The position numbers and the translations under genes were made by a program. From positions 108,908 to 172,907 of the IMG/VR virus record IMGVR_UViG_3300029787_000002: a stretch of 64,000 nucleotides of DNA; one strand, 5' to 3'. Numbering within the stretch: the stretch's first letter is position 1; every line of letters begins with the position of its first letter. Positions 27,339 through 34,117 of the stretch are shown piece after piece. This DNA comes from a virus. The notes under the pieces are model-generated. The model did no database searches, was not told where the DNA came from, and saw only the letters and a program-made list of their open reading frames with translations.

Positions 27339-27536
27339 ATGGTCACACTACAACTGACAAAAGATCAATTTTTTGAACTGTATGATGCAGTCAAAGATCT
27401 ACCAGACATCTACAAATCCGAAGCACTTGCGGGTGAGTATGAATTGGATGCAGCACACTATGATCTTTTTGATGCAGTCAAAGTAATGGATAAAATTGCT
27501 CTTAATCCATCGGTCGAAATCTTTCTAGGAAAATAA
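27339..27536 (+). CDS. Hypothetical early protein
   Basis: ORF track. Confidence 0.7.
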   Translation: MVTLQLTKDQFFELYDAVKDLPDIYKSEALAGEYELDAAHYDLFDAVKVMDKIALNPSVEIFLGK

Positions 27537-27578
27537 CCCTATGTCTAATAAATATTACAACAGTCAGGGTTTACTACG

Positions 27579-27806
27579 ATGAGTAAGATCAAAGATGTCA
27601 CCAACTCACCAGAAGACTGGGAGGATTTTTGGTACAATTCAGAGGATGGATTTTACTTTGATTCTGTTACTGGTTTATCCTACCAGATCGAAGGATGGGA
27701 TGGGCAAGAGGACAGTGCATCAGAGTATCAAAAAAAGATCTATCTGGAATCTACCATCGCTGAATTGGAAAGTCAAGCAGATGACCCCATGGGAATCGGC
27801 AAGTGA
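27579..27806 (+). CDS. Acidic Trp-rich small protein
   Basis: DVTNSPEDWEDFW; AATAAATA late box at 27547-27554. Confidence 0.7.
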   Translation: MSKIKDVTNSPEDWEDFWYNSEDGFYFDSVTGLSYQIEGWDGQEDSASEYQKKIYLESTIAELESQADDPMGIGK

Positions 27807-27807
27807 T

Positions 27808-27865
27808 GTGACAGTTGGCAAAGTGACCACTAAACCCCCACAGAGGGGTTTTTCTATGGCATACT
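27808..27865 (+). promoter_or_regulatory. Early promoter module copy 4
   Basis: GTGAC-AGTTGGCAAAGT-GACCAC (27808-27830), AAACCCC/GGGGTTT hairpin, CATACT at 27860. Confidence 0.75.
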
Positions 27866-27890
27866 AGTAATAGTTAAACAAACAACACAC

Positions 27891-28094
27891 ATGGACATCG
27901 CTCTCGAACGTGAATATGCTATCGACAACATGGCAGACTCACTCTTCGATCAAATGAAAGATTTGATCAAGCAAGATCAGCATAATGATGCTATTGCAGT
28001 TTGTGAAGAGTGGTTGGTAGATGGCAAAGACCCTCAGGATGGCGATTATAAGTTTATCTTCCTTAAGAACTTCACACTAAACGAGGACAACTAA
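27891..28094 (+). CDS. Hypothetical early protein
   Basis: ORF after AC-rich leader. Confidence 0.75.
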   Translation: MDIALEREYAIDNMADSLFDQMKDLIKQDQHNDAIAVCEEWLVDGKDPQDGDYKFIFLKNFTLNEDN

Positions 28095-28095
28095 A

Positions 28096-28341
28096 ATGAA
28101 ACAATCCGAAAAGGACTTCCAAAACTGGATCGAATCATGTCCCGACCTACTCAGGTTTAGACTTGAGTATGTTGACGTGAGAGCAGATGTTGAAAACGTC
28201 ATCACAACTTACGAATACGAATTTGCGGATGACGAGACTAGAAAAGAGGTGACTGAAGCAGTCATCGAAGATTTCTATGATCAAGATTGGTCAGACCATA
28301 ACGAATTCATTGCACACCTATTAGACAGGAGACTCTCATGA
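28096..28341 (+). CDS. Hypothetical acidic early protein
   Basis: GAGGA RBS; FQNWIESCP. Confidence 0.75.
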   Translation: MKQSEKDFQNWIESCPDLLRFRLEYVDVRADVENVITTYEYEFADDETRKEVTEAVIEDFYDQDWSDHNEFIAHLLDRRLS

Positions 28342-28568
28342 AAACTATCGATGTTCCTTTTACCTATGATCAATTAAGTGACGTGATTTACTATCTTGAG
28401 TGGAAGATCTCAGAGATCAACGAAGCAGGATGTGATCTCGAATTTCCAGAGATAGAGAACACCTTACAACAGTTACAGGAGACTCAGGACAGACTCAGAG
28501 TGAGAACTGACGAAGATTATCAACTCATGATGAACAATAGAGCAAAACAACCAACAGCAGAGTGGTAG
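28338..28568 (+). CDS. Hypothetical early protein
   Basis: GGAG RBS, ATGA coupling. Confidence 0.75.
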   Translation: MKTIDVPFTYDQLSDVIYYLEWKISEINEAGCDLEFPEIENTLQQLQETQDRLRVRTDEDYQLMMNNRAKQPTAEW

Positions 28569-28569
28569 T

Positions 28570-28627
28570 GTGCCAGTTCAATTAGTGTCACATGACCTAT
28601 TGTAATAGGTCTCTGATGCTTTATAAT
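28570..28627 (+). promoter_or_regulatory. Early promoter module copy 5
   Basis: GTGCC-AGTTCAATTAGT-GTCAC (28570-28591), GACCTAT/ATAGGTC hairpin, TATAAT at 28622. Confidence 0.85.
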
Positions 28628-28652
28628 ATTAGTATAGCAACGGAGATCACAC

Positions 28653-28958
28653 ATGCACAACTTCAAACAATTTCTTGACTATTGTGAATCATTCTACAGT
28701 CCAGAGCATCCTGACTGTTTATATCCTATCGATGGATTGACTAGGGGTGAGTTAGCACTTGCAATTCTCAACTATCTTGACTTATGTGCAGAGGATGAGA
28801 ATGTTAACTGGGGTGATGGTGATTCACTAGACAGAGAGAGAGTCAGAGATTTTGTTATTGAGCGTAGAGCAATTGATTACAACAGAATTCAGAAAATTTT
28901 AGCAATTGAAGATGCTAAGAACCCAGTAAGAGGTCTCAACTTCACAGGAGGACAGTAA
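28653..28958 (+). CDS. Conserved cyanophage early protein
   Basis: FLDYCESFY...LYPI...WGDGDSLDRERVRD. Confidence 0.8.
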   Translation: MHNFKQFLDYCESFYSPEHPDCLYPIDGLTRGELALAILNYLDLCAEDENVNWGDGDSLDRERVRDFVIERRAIDYNRIQKILAIEDAKNPVRGLNFTGGQ

Positions 28959-28959
28959 G

Positions 28960-29067
28960 ATGCAGAAAATTATCATCGAAGACATTACTGACTACAAAAA
29001 GTTACAGGAATGGATTGACAGTCTTGACCCTAGACTTAAAGAACAATACGAAAAGGAGGACAACTAA
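28960..29067 (+). CDS. Micro-protein (35 aa)
   Basis: GGAGG RBS; MQKIIIEDITDYKKLQEWIDSLDP. Confidence 0.55.
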   Translation: MQKIIIEDITDYKKLQEWIDSLDPRLKEQYEKEDN

Positions 29068-29068
29068 A

Positions 29069-29236
29069 ATGAATCAATTTAAAGTCGAATGTTCAGAGGT
29101 TAATTACTTCACAGTATTAGTTGAAGCAGAAACCGAAGAGGAAGCAAGGAAACTTGCTAACGCAAACATTAACTCATTTGAAGTCGAAGATGAGTATGTT
29201 TCAGAGTGGACTATTGAAAGTGTGGAGGAACTGTAA
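29069..29236 (+). CDS. DpnD/PcfM-like small acidic protein
   Basis: AAGGAGG RBS; FKVECSEVNYFTVLVEAETEEEARKLA. Confidence 0.65.
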   Translation: MNQFKVECSEVNYFTVLVEAETEEEARKLANANINSFEVEDEYVSEWTIESVEEL

Positions 29237-29523
29237 TGAGTTACGACAATTCAAAAGAGGTAACAATCAGGTTATCTAAAAGGGAACTCGGAATTCTCAA
29301 CATGTATACCTCTGGTTTATTTGCTCGCATCGATAGCGATGTAACAGAGTGGGGTAGTTCATGCACTGGTCATGATACAATCGAACATGACTATTTTGGT
29401 AAGGATGCAATTCTCGGATTAAGAAAAGAAGTCAAGAATGCAGTAGACTCATTCTATACTCATGAGAATGATCTAAGACTACCAAAAGATCACAACGGAA
29501 ATCCAAACCCTTGTGCCAGATGA
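29236..29523 (+). CDS. Hypothetical early protein
   Basis: GGAGG RBS; stop codon lies inside palindrome copy 6. Confidence 0.75.
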   Translation: MSYDNSKEVTIRLSKRELGILNMYTSGLFARIDSDVTEWGSSCTGHDTIEHDYFGKDAILGLRKEVKNAVDSFYTHENDLRLPKDHNGNPNPCAR

Positions 29524-29570
29524 TAAAGTGGCACAAAACCCCTCGCAATGGGGTGACCTCTTGCTATAAT
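29513..29570 (+). promoter_or_regulatory. Early promoter module copy 6
   Basis: GTGCC-AGATGATAAAGT-GGCAC (29513-29534), ACCCC/GGGGT hairpin, TATAAT at 29565. Confidence 0.85.
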
Positions 29571-29597
29571 AAAGACATGAACACACAAAGGAGAATT

Positions 29598-29795
29598 ATG
29601 GAAAAAGGTTTAAACATCGAAGTCACATCTTCACAGTATGAGTATCTCTATGAAGTACTCATGGAAGCATACTCAAACGATGTTGCAGAGCAAAAAGACT
29701 GGGATGTCCAGACTTTCGATAACTTACTTGACAATGTAATGAATGCGAAGTCAACTTACTTGTCAGATTCAACTCGTGGGATTCTAAAACGATAA
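29598..29795 (+). CDS. Hypothetical early protein
   Basis: AAGGAG RBS before ATG 29598. Confidence 0.75.
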   Translation: MEKGLNIEVTSSQYEYLYEVLMEAYSNDVAEQKDWDVQTFDNLLDNVMNAKSTYLSDSTRGILKR

Positions 29796-29864
29796 TTCTT
29801 ACATTCTTAATTCCAGTGGGTGACTACCTACACCCTATAAACATTTAATTTTATTCCTTTTATT

Positions 29865-30026
29865 ATGAGTCATTCAGTCAACACAGAAATCCTTGAAAAC
29901 CTTTACGATGAGATCTTAAATGAACTCAGTTTCAAGAATATCCAACTCGGTATTATGCTACCGATGCATAGACTTGAAGAGATCGCAGCAGATCACGCAC
30001 AAAAACGTTTTGAAGAGTTAGGTTAA
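29865..30026 (+). CDS. Hypothetical early protein (53 aa, not in track)
   Basis: MSHSVNTEILENLYDEI...AQKRFEELG. Confidence 0.7.
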   Translation: MSHSVNTEILENLYDEILNELSFKNIQLGIMLPMHRLEEIAADHAQKRFEELG

Positions 30027-30080
30027 CTCTTTAATAACGATTCTTCTAATTAAAACTTCACTTCAAACCTTTAATAAGAC

Positions 30081-30254
30081 ATGAACACAATTTTCGCAGC
30101 AATCACCGAGGGAGTTCCATTTTATGACTTCCCTAAAAGTCCAATTTTGGTGCTTGGGTTTTTTGGCATTCTCGTGGCAATGGTCACAGTATACACAGTT
30201 AATAAAGCATACTTCAATTCACCTTTTAACCCTGACAATCAAAAGAGATCATGA
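30081..30254 (+). CDS. Small membrane protein (57 aa, not in track)
   Basis: PILVLGFFGILVAMVTVYTVNKAYFNSPFN. Confidence 0.7.
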   Translation: MNTIFAAITEGVPFYDFPKSPILVLGFFGILVAMVTVYTVNKAYFNSPFNPDNQKRS

Positions 30255-30421
30255 TCACACAAAAGAAACCAACATTCGCTGAACTTGAGAAAAGATGGCG
30301 AGAGCATAATCATGAGTATAGCGAAGAGTTTACTCAAAACATCTACGATGCTCACATTGCAATTGCTGAACAGTTCCCATTCTTATATGACAGTTACGGA
30401 TTCCCAAAGGAGGACTACTAA
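30251..30421 (+). CDS. Hypothetical protein (56 aa, not in track)
   Basis: ATGA coupling; MITQKKPTFAELEKRW. Confidence 0.65.
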   Translation: MITQKKPTFAELEKRWREHNHEYSEEFTQNIYDAHIAIAEQFPFLYDSYGFPKEDY

Positions 30422-30562
30422 ATGAAATTTACAGAAGACCAAATTGAATACCTTAAAGAGTGTGTTTCATTCCATTATGAAATGAACTCTGACATCAAAG
30501 AACATATAATTGACATTAACGCACAATGCAGCAAAAAACTATGGGAGTGTGCCAGTGAATAA
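30422..30562 (+). CDS. Hypothetical protein (46 aa, not in track)
   Basis: AGGAGG RBS; stop inside palindrome copy 7. Confidence 0.65.
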   Translation: MKFTEDQIEYLKECVSFHYEMNSDIKEHIIDINAQCSKKLWECASE

Positions 30563-30607
30563 AGTGTCACAACATGGGTTTCTTTTAATCTCATTATTGT
30601 TTATAAT
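30549..30607 (+). promoter_or_regulatory. Early promoter module copy 7
   Basis: GTGCC-AGTGAATAAAGT-GTCAC (30549-30570), 31 nt, TATAAT at 30602. Confidence 0.85.
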
Positions 30608-30633
30608 AATAGTATAAACAAACAAAGAACATT

Positions 30634-30876
30634 ATGAACGCAACTTCAGTATACACAGAACCAGTAAACAGAATCAAGCAAAGAATTCTGTTTGATGACA
30701 ATCTACAGAATATGGCATGTTGCTGTTGTGACTGGGCAGAATTCGTTGTTGAGATCAACGAGTGGGGAATCGAGAGACTTGGAGGTGTCTGGTTCGATGA
30801 TCTTTCAGAATTCGATATACAGCACTTAGACATCTTCATTAAGGCAGAAAACGGTTACATCAGAGAGGAGGTTTAA
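30634..30876 (+). CDS. Hypothetical early protein
   Basis: ORF directly after promoter. Confidence 0.75.
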   Translation: MNATSVYTEPVNRIKQRILFDDNLQNMACCCCDWAEFVVEINEWGIERLGGVWFDDLSEFDIQHLDIFIKAENGYIREEV

Positions 30877-30879
30877 ATC

Positions 30880-31095
30880 ATGTGTAACAATCAACTTAAA
30901 AAGTGGGAAACAGGAACAGAGGGAGAAACATGGGATTTTGGTTATGTTGACAATCCCAAGCAATTTATCGAAGAGGTTTTTGAAATCGCATTTGGGGATG
31001 ATGCAATCAACCGTAACTATTCGATGGGCGAAGTTTTAGATAGACTCATGGAATTTAGTGATGATGCATTACGTTATAATGGAGAGTTAGACTAA
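30880..31095 (+). CDS. Conserved cyanophage early protein
   Basis: FIEEVFEIAFGDDAINRNYS..EVL..L.EFSDDAL. Confidence 0.8.
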   Translation: MCNNQLKKWETGTEGETWDFGYVDNPKQFIEEVFEIAFGDDAINRNYSMGEVLDRLMEFSDDALRYNGELD

Positions 31096-31253
31096 TGACT
31101 AATGTTCCAATCAGTTTTGACGAAGCATATCAGATGACGAGATTATACGATACTCTCAGAGATATGGATTTTGAACTTACTGACAATCAAGTGGCAGTAT
31201 TTGATAAATTACTTGATATTCGTAAATATGTCAAGTCAGAGGGTGCCAGTTAA
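31095..31253 (+). CDS. Hypothetical protein (52 aa, not in track)
   Basis: MTNVPISFDEAYQ..LYDTLRDMDFELT; stop inside palindrome copy 8. Confidence 0.7.
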   Translation: MTNVPISFDEAYQMTRLYDTLRDMDFELTDNQVAVFDKLLDIRKYVKSEGAS

Positions 31254-31300
31254 TTATGTGTCACACTCTACCTCGCATCGGTGGTTCAAACCGCTATAAT
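31243..31300 (+). promoter_or_regulatory. Early promoter module copy 8
   Basis: GTGCC-AGTTAATTATGT-GTCAC (31243-31264), 30 nt, TATAAT at 31295. Confidence 0.85.
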
Positions 31301-31307
31301 AAAGACA

Positions 31308-31362
31308 TGAACAGAGCGTTGCTCACTTTATCAATTGCTGAGGGATACCCTCGCTTTGTTCA
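31308..31362 (+). ncRNA. Candidate 5'-terminal structured RNA / leader
   Basis: 11-bp stem TGAACAGAGCG/CGCTTTGTTCA beginning at the predicted TSS; inner GAGGG-ATA-CCCTC. Confidence 0.45.
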
Positions 31363-31389
31363 AACAATTTTCACTTTACTTAAAATCAA

Positions 31390-31569
31390 ATGAGAATGAC
31401 TAAAGTTCAAGTAGTTTCACAATTTCGAGAAATGCTTCGTGAGTCAGGTGCAAACCTTAGGGGCGATTCAATTGCTAAACGTGAAGCATTTAACGATTAT
31501 GTTGACATGCTTAACAAAGATGGCGATGTAACCGACTGGCAAGCATACAACTGGAGCAACCCATTCTAA
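31390..31569 (+). CDS. Conserved cyanophage early protein (59 aa, not in track)
   Basis: MTKVQVVSQFRE...DSIAKREAFNDYVDMLNKDG.VT.WQ..NWSNPF. Confidence 0.8.
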   Translation: MRMTKVQVVSQFREMLRESGANLRGDSIAKREAFNDYVDMLNKDGDVTDWQAYNWSNPF

Positions 31570-31691
31570 TGACAATCACAGAATATAAAGAACTATGCAA
31601 ACAAAATAAATTGCATATCGGTGAGGAAGTCCCTGAAGACAATGACACCAAGAACAACGAAGACGAAACAAACACTTATCAAGGAGCATAA
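31569..31691 (+). CDS. Micro-protein (40 aa)
   Basis: TAATG coupling; MTITEYKELCKQNKL. Confidence 0.5.
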   Translation: MTITEYKELCKQNKLHIGEEVPEDNDTKNNEDETNTYQGA

Positions 31692-31695
31692 ACAC

Positions 31696-31902
31696 ATGAT
31701 CATCGAAAATTTCAGTAGAGAGCAATTTATTTTACTCTCAAAGGCACTTGATAATTATCGTATTTACATGACATCAGAAGAAGAAACTTTATCTGAAGAA
31801 ATTTTAGATAATGTCTTTTATCCATCTATTGGAATGAGTAAACCGAGAAATACCGCAAAGGTTACAAGTATAGCGGAAGCGATCCGCAAGGGACATAAGT
31901 AA
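31696..31902 (+). CDS. Hypothetical protein
   Basis: AAGGAG RBS before ATG 31696. Confidence 0.7.
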   Translation: MIIENFSREQFILLSKALDNYRIYMTSEEETLSEEILDNVFYPSIGMSKPRNTAKVTSIAEAIRKGHK

Positions 31903-31921
31903 CTATACTAACCTAAACAAA

Positions 31922-32134
31922 ATGAGTTGGAATCTTATCCCTTGGAGCGAACAAACAACGAACGTAATGGCAACAATGACCTATGAAGACTTAATCACTA
32001 AGTTACAACAATTGAACCCTAATCAGTTGAAGAAAAATGTTGCTATCTATGATGAACATTTAAATGAGAAGGTATTAGTTCACAATGAATTAATCTTCTT
32101 TGATAACAATCAGTTCCCCTATTTAAAGATTTAA
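31922..32134 (+). CDS. Hypothetical protein
   Basis: MTYEDLITKLQQLNPNQLKKNVAIYD. Confidence 0.7.
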   Translation: MSWNLIPWSEQTTNVMATMTYEDLITKLQQLNPNQLKKNVAIYDEHLNEKVLVHNELIFFDNNQFPYLKI

Positions 32135-32380
32135 ATGAACTTCCAAAAAGGTGACTATTACTCACTAAATGACTTAAATGGATGGGTTAATTTCATCGAT
32201 AGTAGTTATATCACTCTTGTTATAAATGAGTGGACTAAATGTGATGAATTAGCAAAAGGTAGTCGTAGTAATGTACATCAAGTGCAGTTACTAGTATACC
32301 CTCACCAATGGAAAGATATGGTGAAAAGTAATCGAAATCGCTTTGAAGATGGTCTACTAAATAACACTCATGAGAAGTAA
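32135..32380 (+). CDS. Hypothetical protein
   Basis: GWVNFIDSSYITL...LLVYPHQW. Confidence 0.75.
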   Translation: MNFQKGDYYSLNDLNGWVNFIDSSYITLVINEWTKCDELAKGSRSNVHQVQLLVYPHQWKDMVKSNRNRFEDGLLNNTHEK

Positions 32381-32507
32381 TCCGCAACCTATTCTTAATA
32401 GCGAGTTTAACACATTTTGGACTATATGTAAAGAACTCGTGGTAAGTACTTGGGAGTTGTATAGAACAACTGTAAGTAACAAAGTAACAAGAATAAGGGA
32501 AGATTAA
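32370..32507 (+). CDS. Small hypothetical protein (45 aa, not in track)
   Basis: ACTAAATA late-like box at 32356-32363; MRSNPQPILNSEFNTFWTICKEL. Confidence 0.5.
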   Translation: MRSNPQPILNSEFNTFWTICKELVVSTWELYRTTVSNKVTRIRED

Positions 32508-32579
32508 CGAATGTTGTTAAATATTAAAATAAATCTATTGTTGTTAACAATACCGAGATTAATTGCTCAGGTAATTGTA

Positions 32580-32608
32580 CTCTTAGCACGCAACTTACCG
32601 ATTGTCAA
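32580..32608 (-). promoter_or_regulatory. Possible leftward sigma70 promoter
   Basis: Minus strand TTGACA-17 nt-TAAGAG with extended TG; -10 is imperfect. Confidence 0.4.
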
Positions 32609-32633
32609 TGATAGTCAGCAAACACAGATTTTC

Positions 32634-32663
32634 TTGACAGATTATAAACAATTATGGTATAAT
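32634..32663 (+). promoter_or_regulatory. Sigma70 promoter
   Basis: TTGACA-18 nt-TATAAT with extended TG. Confidence 0.8.
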
Positions 32664-32699
32664 AACTCTGTAAGGGTTCAGAAATTCCTCTAAGTATCA

Positions 32700-32900
32700 A
32701 TGCTAAGTAACATCAAAGCACCTCAGAAGTACATGGAGTTGTTAACACTTTGGGAGGAAGGATTATGCCCACTAAATGAAGGTATTGCTTTGTTTCAGTT
32801 CTTGTTAGATACTGACCAATGTTGGGAGGATGAGATATTATCTAATACAGCAAGTTATATGGTTATGGAAGGATTTTGTTATTACGTTTACACCCCTTAA
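32700..32900 (+). CDS. Hypothetical protein
   Basis: LFQFLLDTDQCW. Confidence 0.7.
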   Translation: MLSNIKAPQKYMELLTLWEEGLCPLNEGIALFQFLLDTDQCWEDEILSNTASYMVMEGFCYYVYTP

Positions 32901-32909
32901 TTAACAACA

Positions 32910-33119
32910 ATGACCCAAAAGATGCTCTATAAAGTTTATAACAATGAATGTGAACTTATAGGGGAGTTTGTATCAATTTACGATATGGAACATTTTATGG
33001 ACGATGTTAGAAACTCACGGGGAGAGAGGTATAAAGAATTGCCCAGATTATCGGTATTTGATTATATTAAATCGATCGGTTACTATATGGAAATTAATTG
33101 CCCTGTGACAGTTAAATAA
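32910..33119 (+). CDS. Hypothetical protein
   Basis: Stop inside palindrome copy 9. Confidence 0.7.
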   Translation: MTQKMLYKVYNNECELIGEFVSIYDMEHFMDDVRNSRGERYKELPRLSVFDYIKSIGYYMEINCPVTVK

Positions 33120-33162
33120 GTGGCACAATAGGGGTTGTAAGGGGTTGCCCACCTGCTATAAT
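33105..33162 (+). promoter_or_regulatory. Early promoter module copy 9
   Basis: GTGAC-AGTTAAATAAGT-GGCAC (33105-33126), 30 nt, TATAAT at 33157. Confidence 0.85.
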
Positions 33163-33187
33163 TAATGTATACCAAACAAAGGGACAC

Positions 33188-33508
33188 ATGAGAAAAATTG
33201 AAAGACAAATGAACAACGCAATCAGAACAGGCAAAAACTTCTCATCATCCAATACAATGGTTAAGCAAGGATGGGAGGGAGAAGCAGATGTTTATTTACA
33301 TGGAAATCACATTGCAACTGTGAAGAACAATTCAATCGTCATTAAAGATGGGGGTTGGCAGTCTAATACAACGAAATCTAGACTTAATGCACTACTAGAC
33401 GAATTTTCTTATGGTATGAGAGTATTTCAGAAAAACTTTGAGTGGTTCGTATCTTATAAGAACGTTAAAGAGGATTTCGTAAGCGGTATGGAGTTAGCAA
33501 TCGACTAG
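33188..33508 (+). CDS. Conserved cyanophage early protein
   Basis: MRKIERQMNNAI...VYLHGNHIA...DGGWQSNTTKSRLNALL..VFQKNFEWFV. Confidence 0.85.
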   Translation: MRKIERQMNNAIRTGKNFSSSNTMVKQGWEGEADVYLHGNHIATVKNNSIVIKDGGWQSNTTKSRLNALLDEFSYGMRVFQKNFEWFVSYKNVKEDFVSGMELAID

Positions 33509-33537
33509 TTGACAGAATCACAGTTATAGAGTATAAT
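33509..33537 (+). promoter_or_regulatory. Consensus sigma70 promoter
   Basis: TTGACA-17 nt-TATAAT. Confidence 0.85.
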
Positions 33538-33565
33538 AGAGGGGTACAGACAACCCCTCTTTTTT
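33538..33565 (+). terminator. Rho-independent terminator
   Basis: AGAGGGGT-ACAGACA-ACCCCTCT followed by T-run. Confidence 0.8.
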
Positions 33566-33743
33566 ATTGTTTATGACTTAAGGCAGTAATCACAGTTACT
33601 AATTATTAAGAATGGCAGTTAAATTGCCCCCCTTAAATATAAAAAAGGGCCATAACCTAACCTACAAAGGTACCCCAGAGCAAGCAATATATTATTAAAG
33701 ATCTTAAATACTAGTAGATTCAAAAAATTTCCCAGAAAAATTT

Positions 33744-33947
33744 ATGCCTAATAGAGATTATCCCCAAGATCTACGAGTATGGTGTCTAGAAAGTTTGATT
33801 CAGATGGAAAGTCAACTCCACAGTGACATGTACCAGGTTGCAGACATGTACCTGGGTTCGTATACAACTAAAAACTCCGAAGCACTATATACACTATGGA
33901 TGGGGTGGAAACTAAAACACCCCACTAAGAATACGAACCCCCTGTAA
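33744..33947 (+). CDS. Hypothetical protein
   Basis: ORF track. Confidence 0.65.
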   Translation: MPNRDYPQDLRVWCLESLIQMESQLHSDMYQVADMYLGSYTTKNSEALYTLWMGWKLKHPTKNTNPL

Positions 33948-33952
33948 AATAA

Positions 33953-34117
33953 ATGTCACAAAGATTCTACACAACACTCGAAGAAGACGACTTTGGCGAT
34001 CTAATCCTTACGATACCTTACGAAGTGTGTGAAGAACTTGGATGGTCCGTCAATACAAAACTAGATTACACTATAGAGGAAGACTCCTTTACACTGAAGA
34101 AACACCCAGATGAATAA
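33953..34117 (+). CDS. AbrB/MazE/SpoVT-like DNA-binding protein (54 aa, not in track)
   Basis: GDLILTIPYEVCEELGWSVNTKLDYTIEEDSFTLKK fits the swapped-hairpin pattern. Confidence 0.75.
   Translation: MSQRFYTTLEEDDFGDLILTIPYEVCEELGWSVNTKLDYTIEEDSFTLKKHPDE

Noticed and set aside
27595-27867. 90-aa alternative-frame ORF
   Set aside because: Overlaps ORF 27579 and reads through a promoter module
32511-32693. 60-aa ORF in track
   Set aside because: Runs through two promoters and AT-rich palindromes and has atypical composition; likely non-coding
24656-33126. Palindromic repeats as a CRISPR array
   Set aside because: Spacing is roughly 0.7-1.9 kb, the intervals contain genes, repeats are degenerate and no cas genes are present
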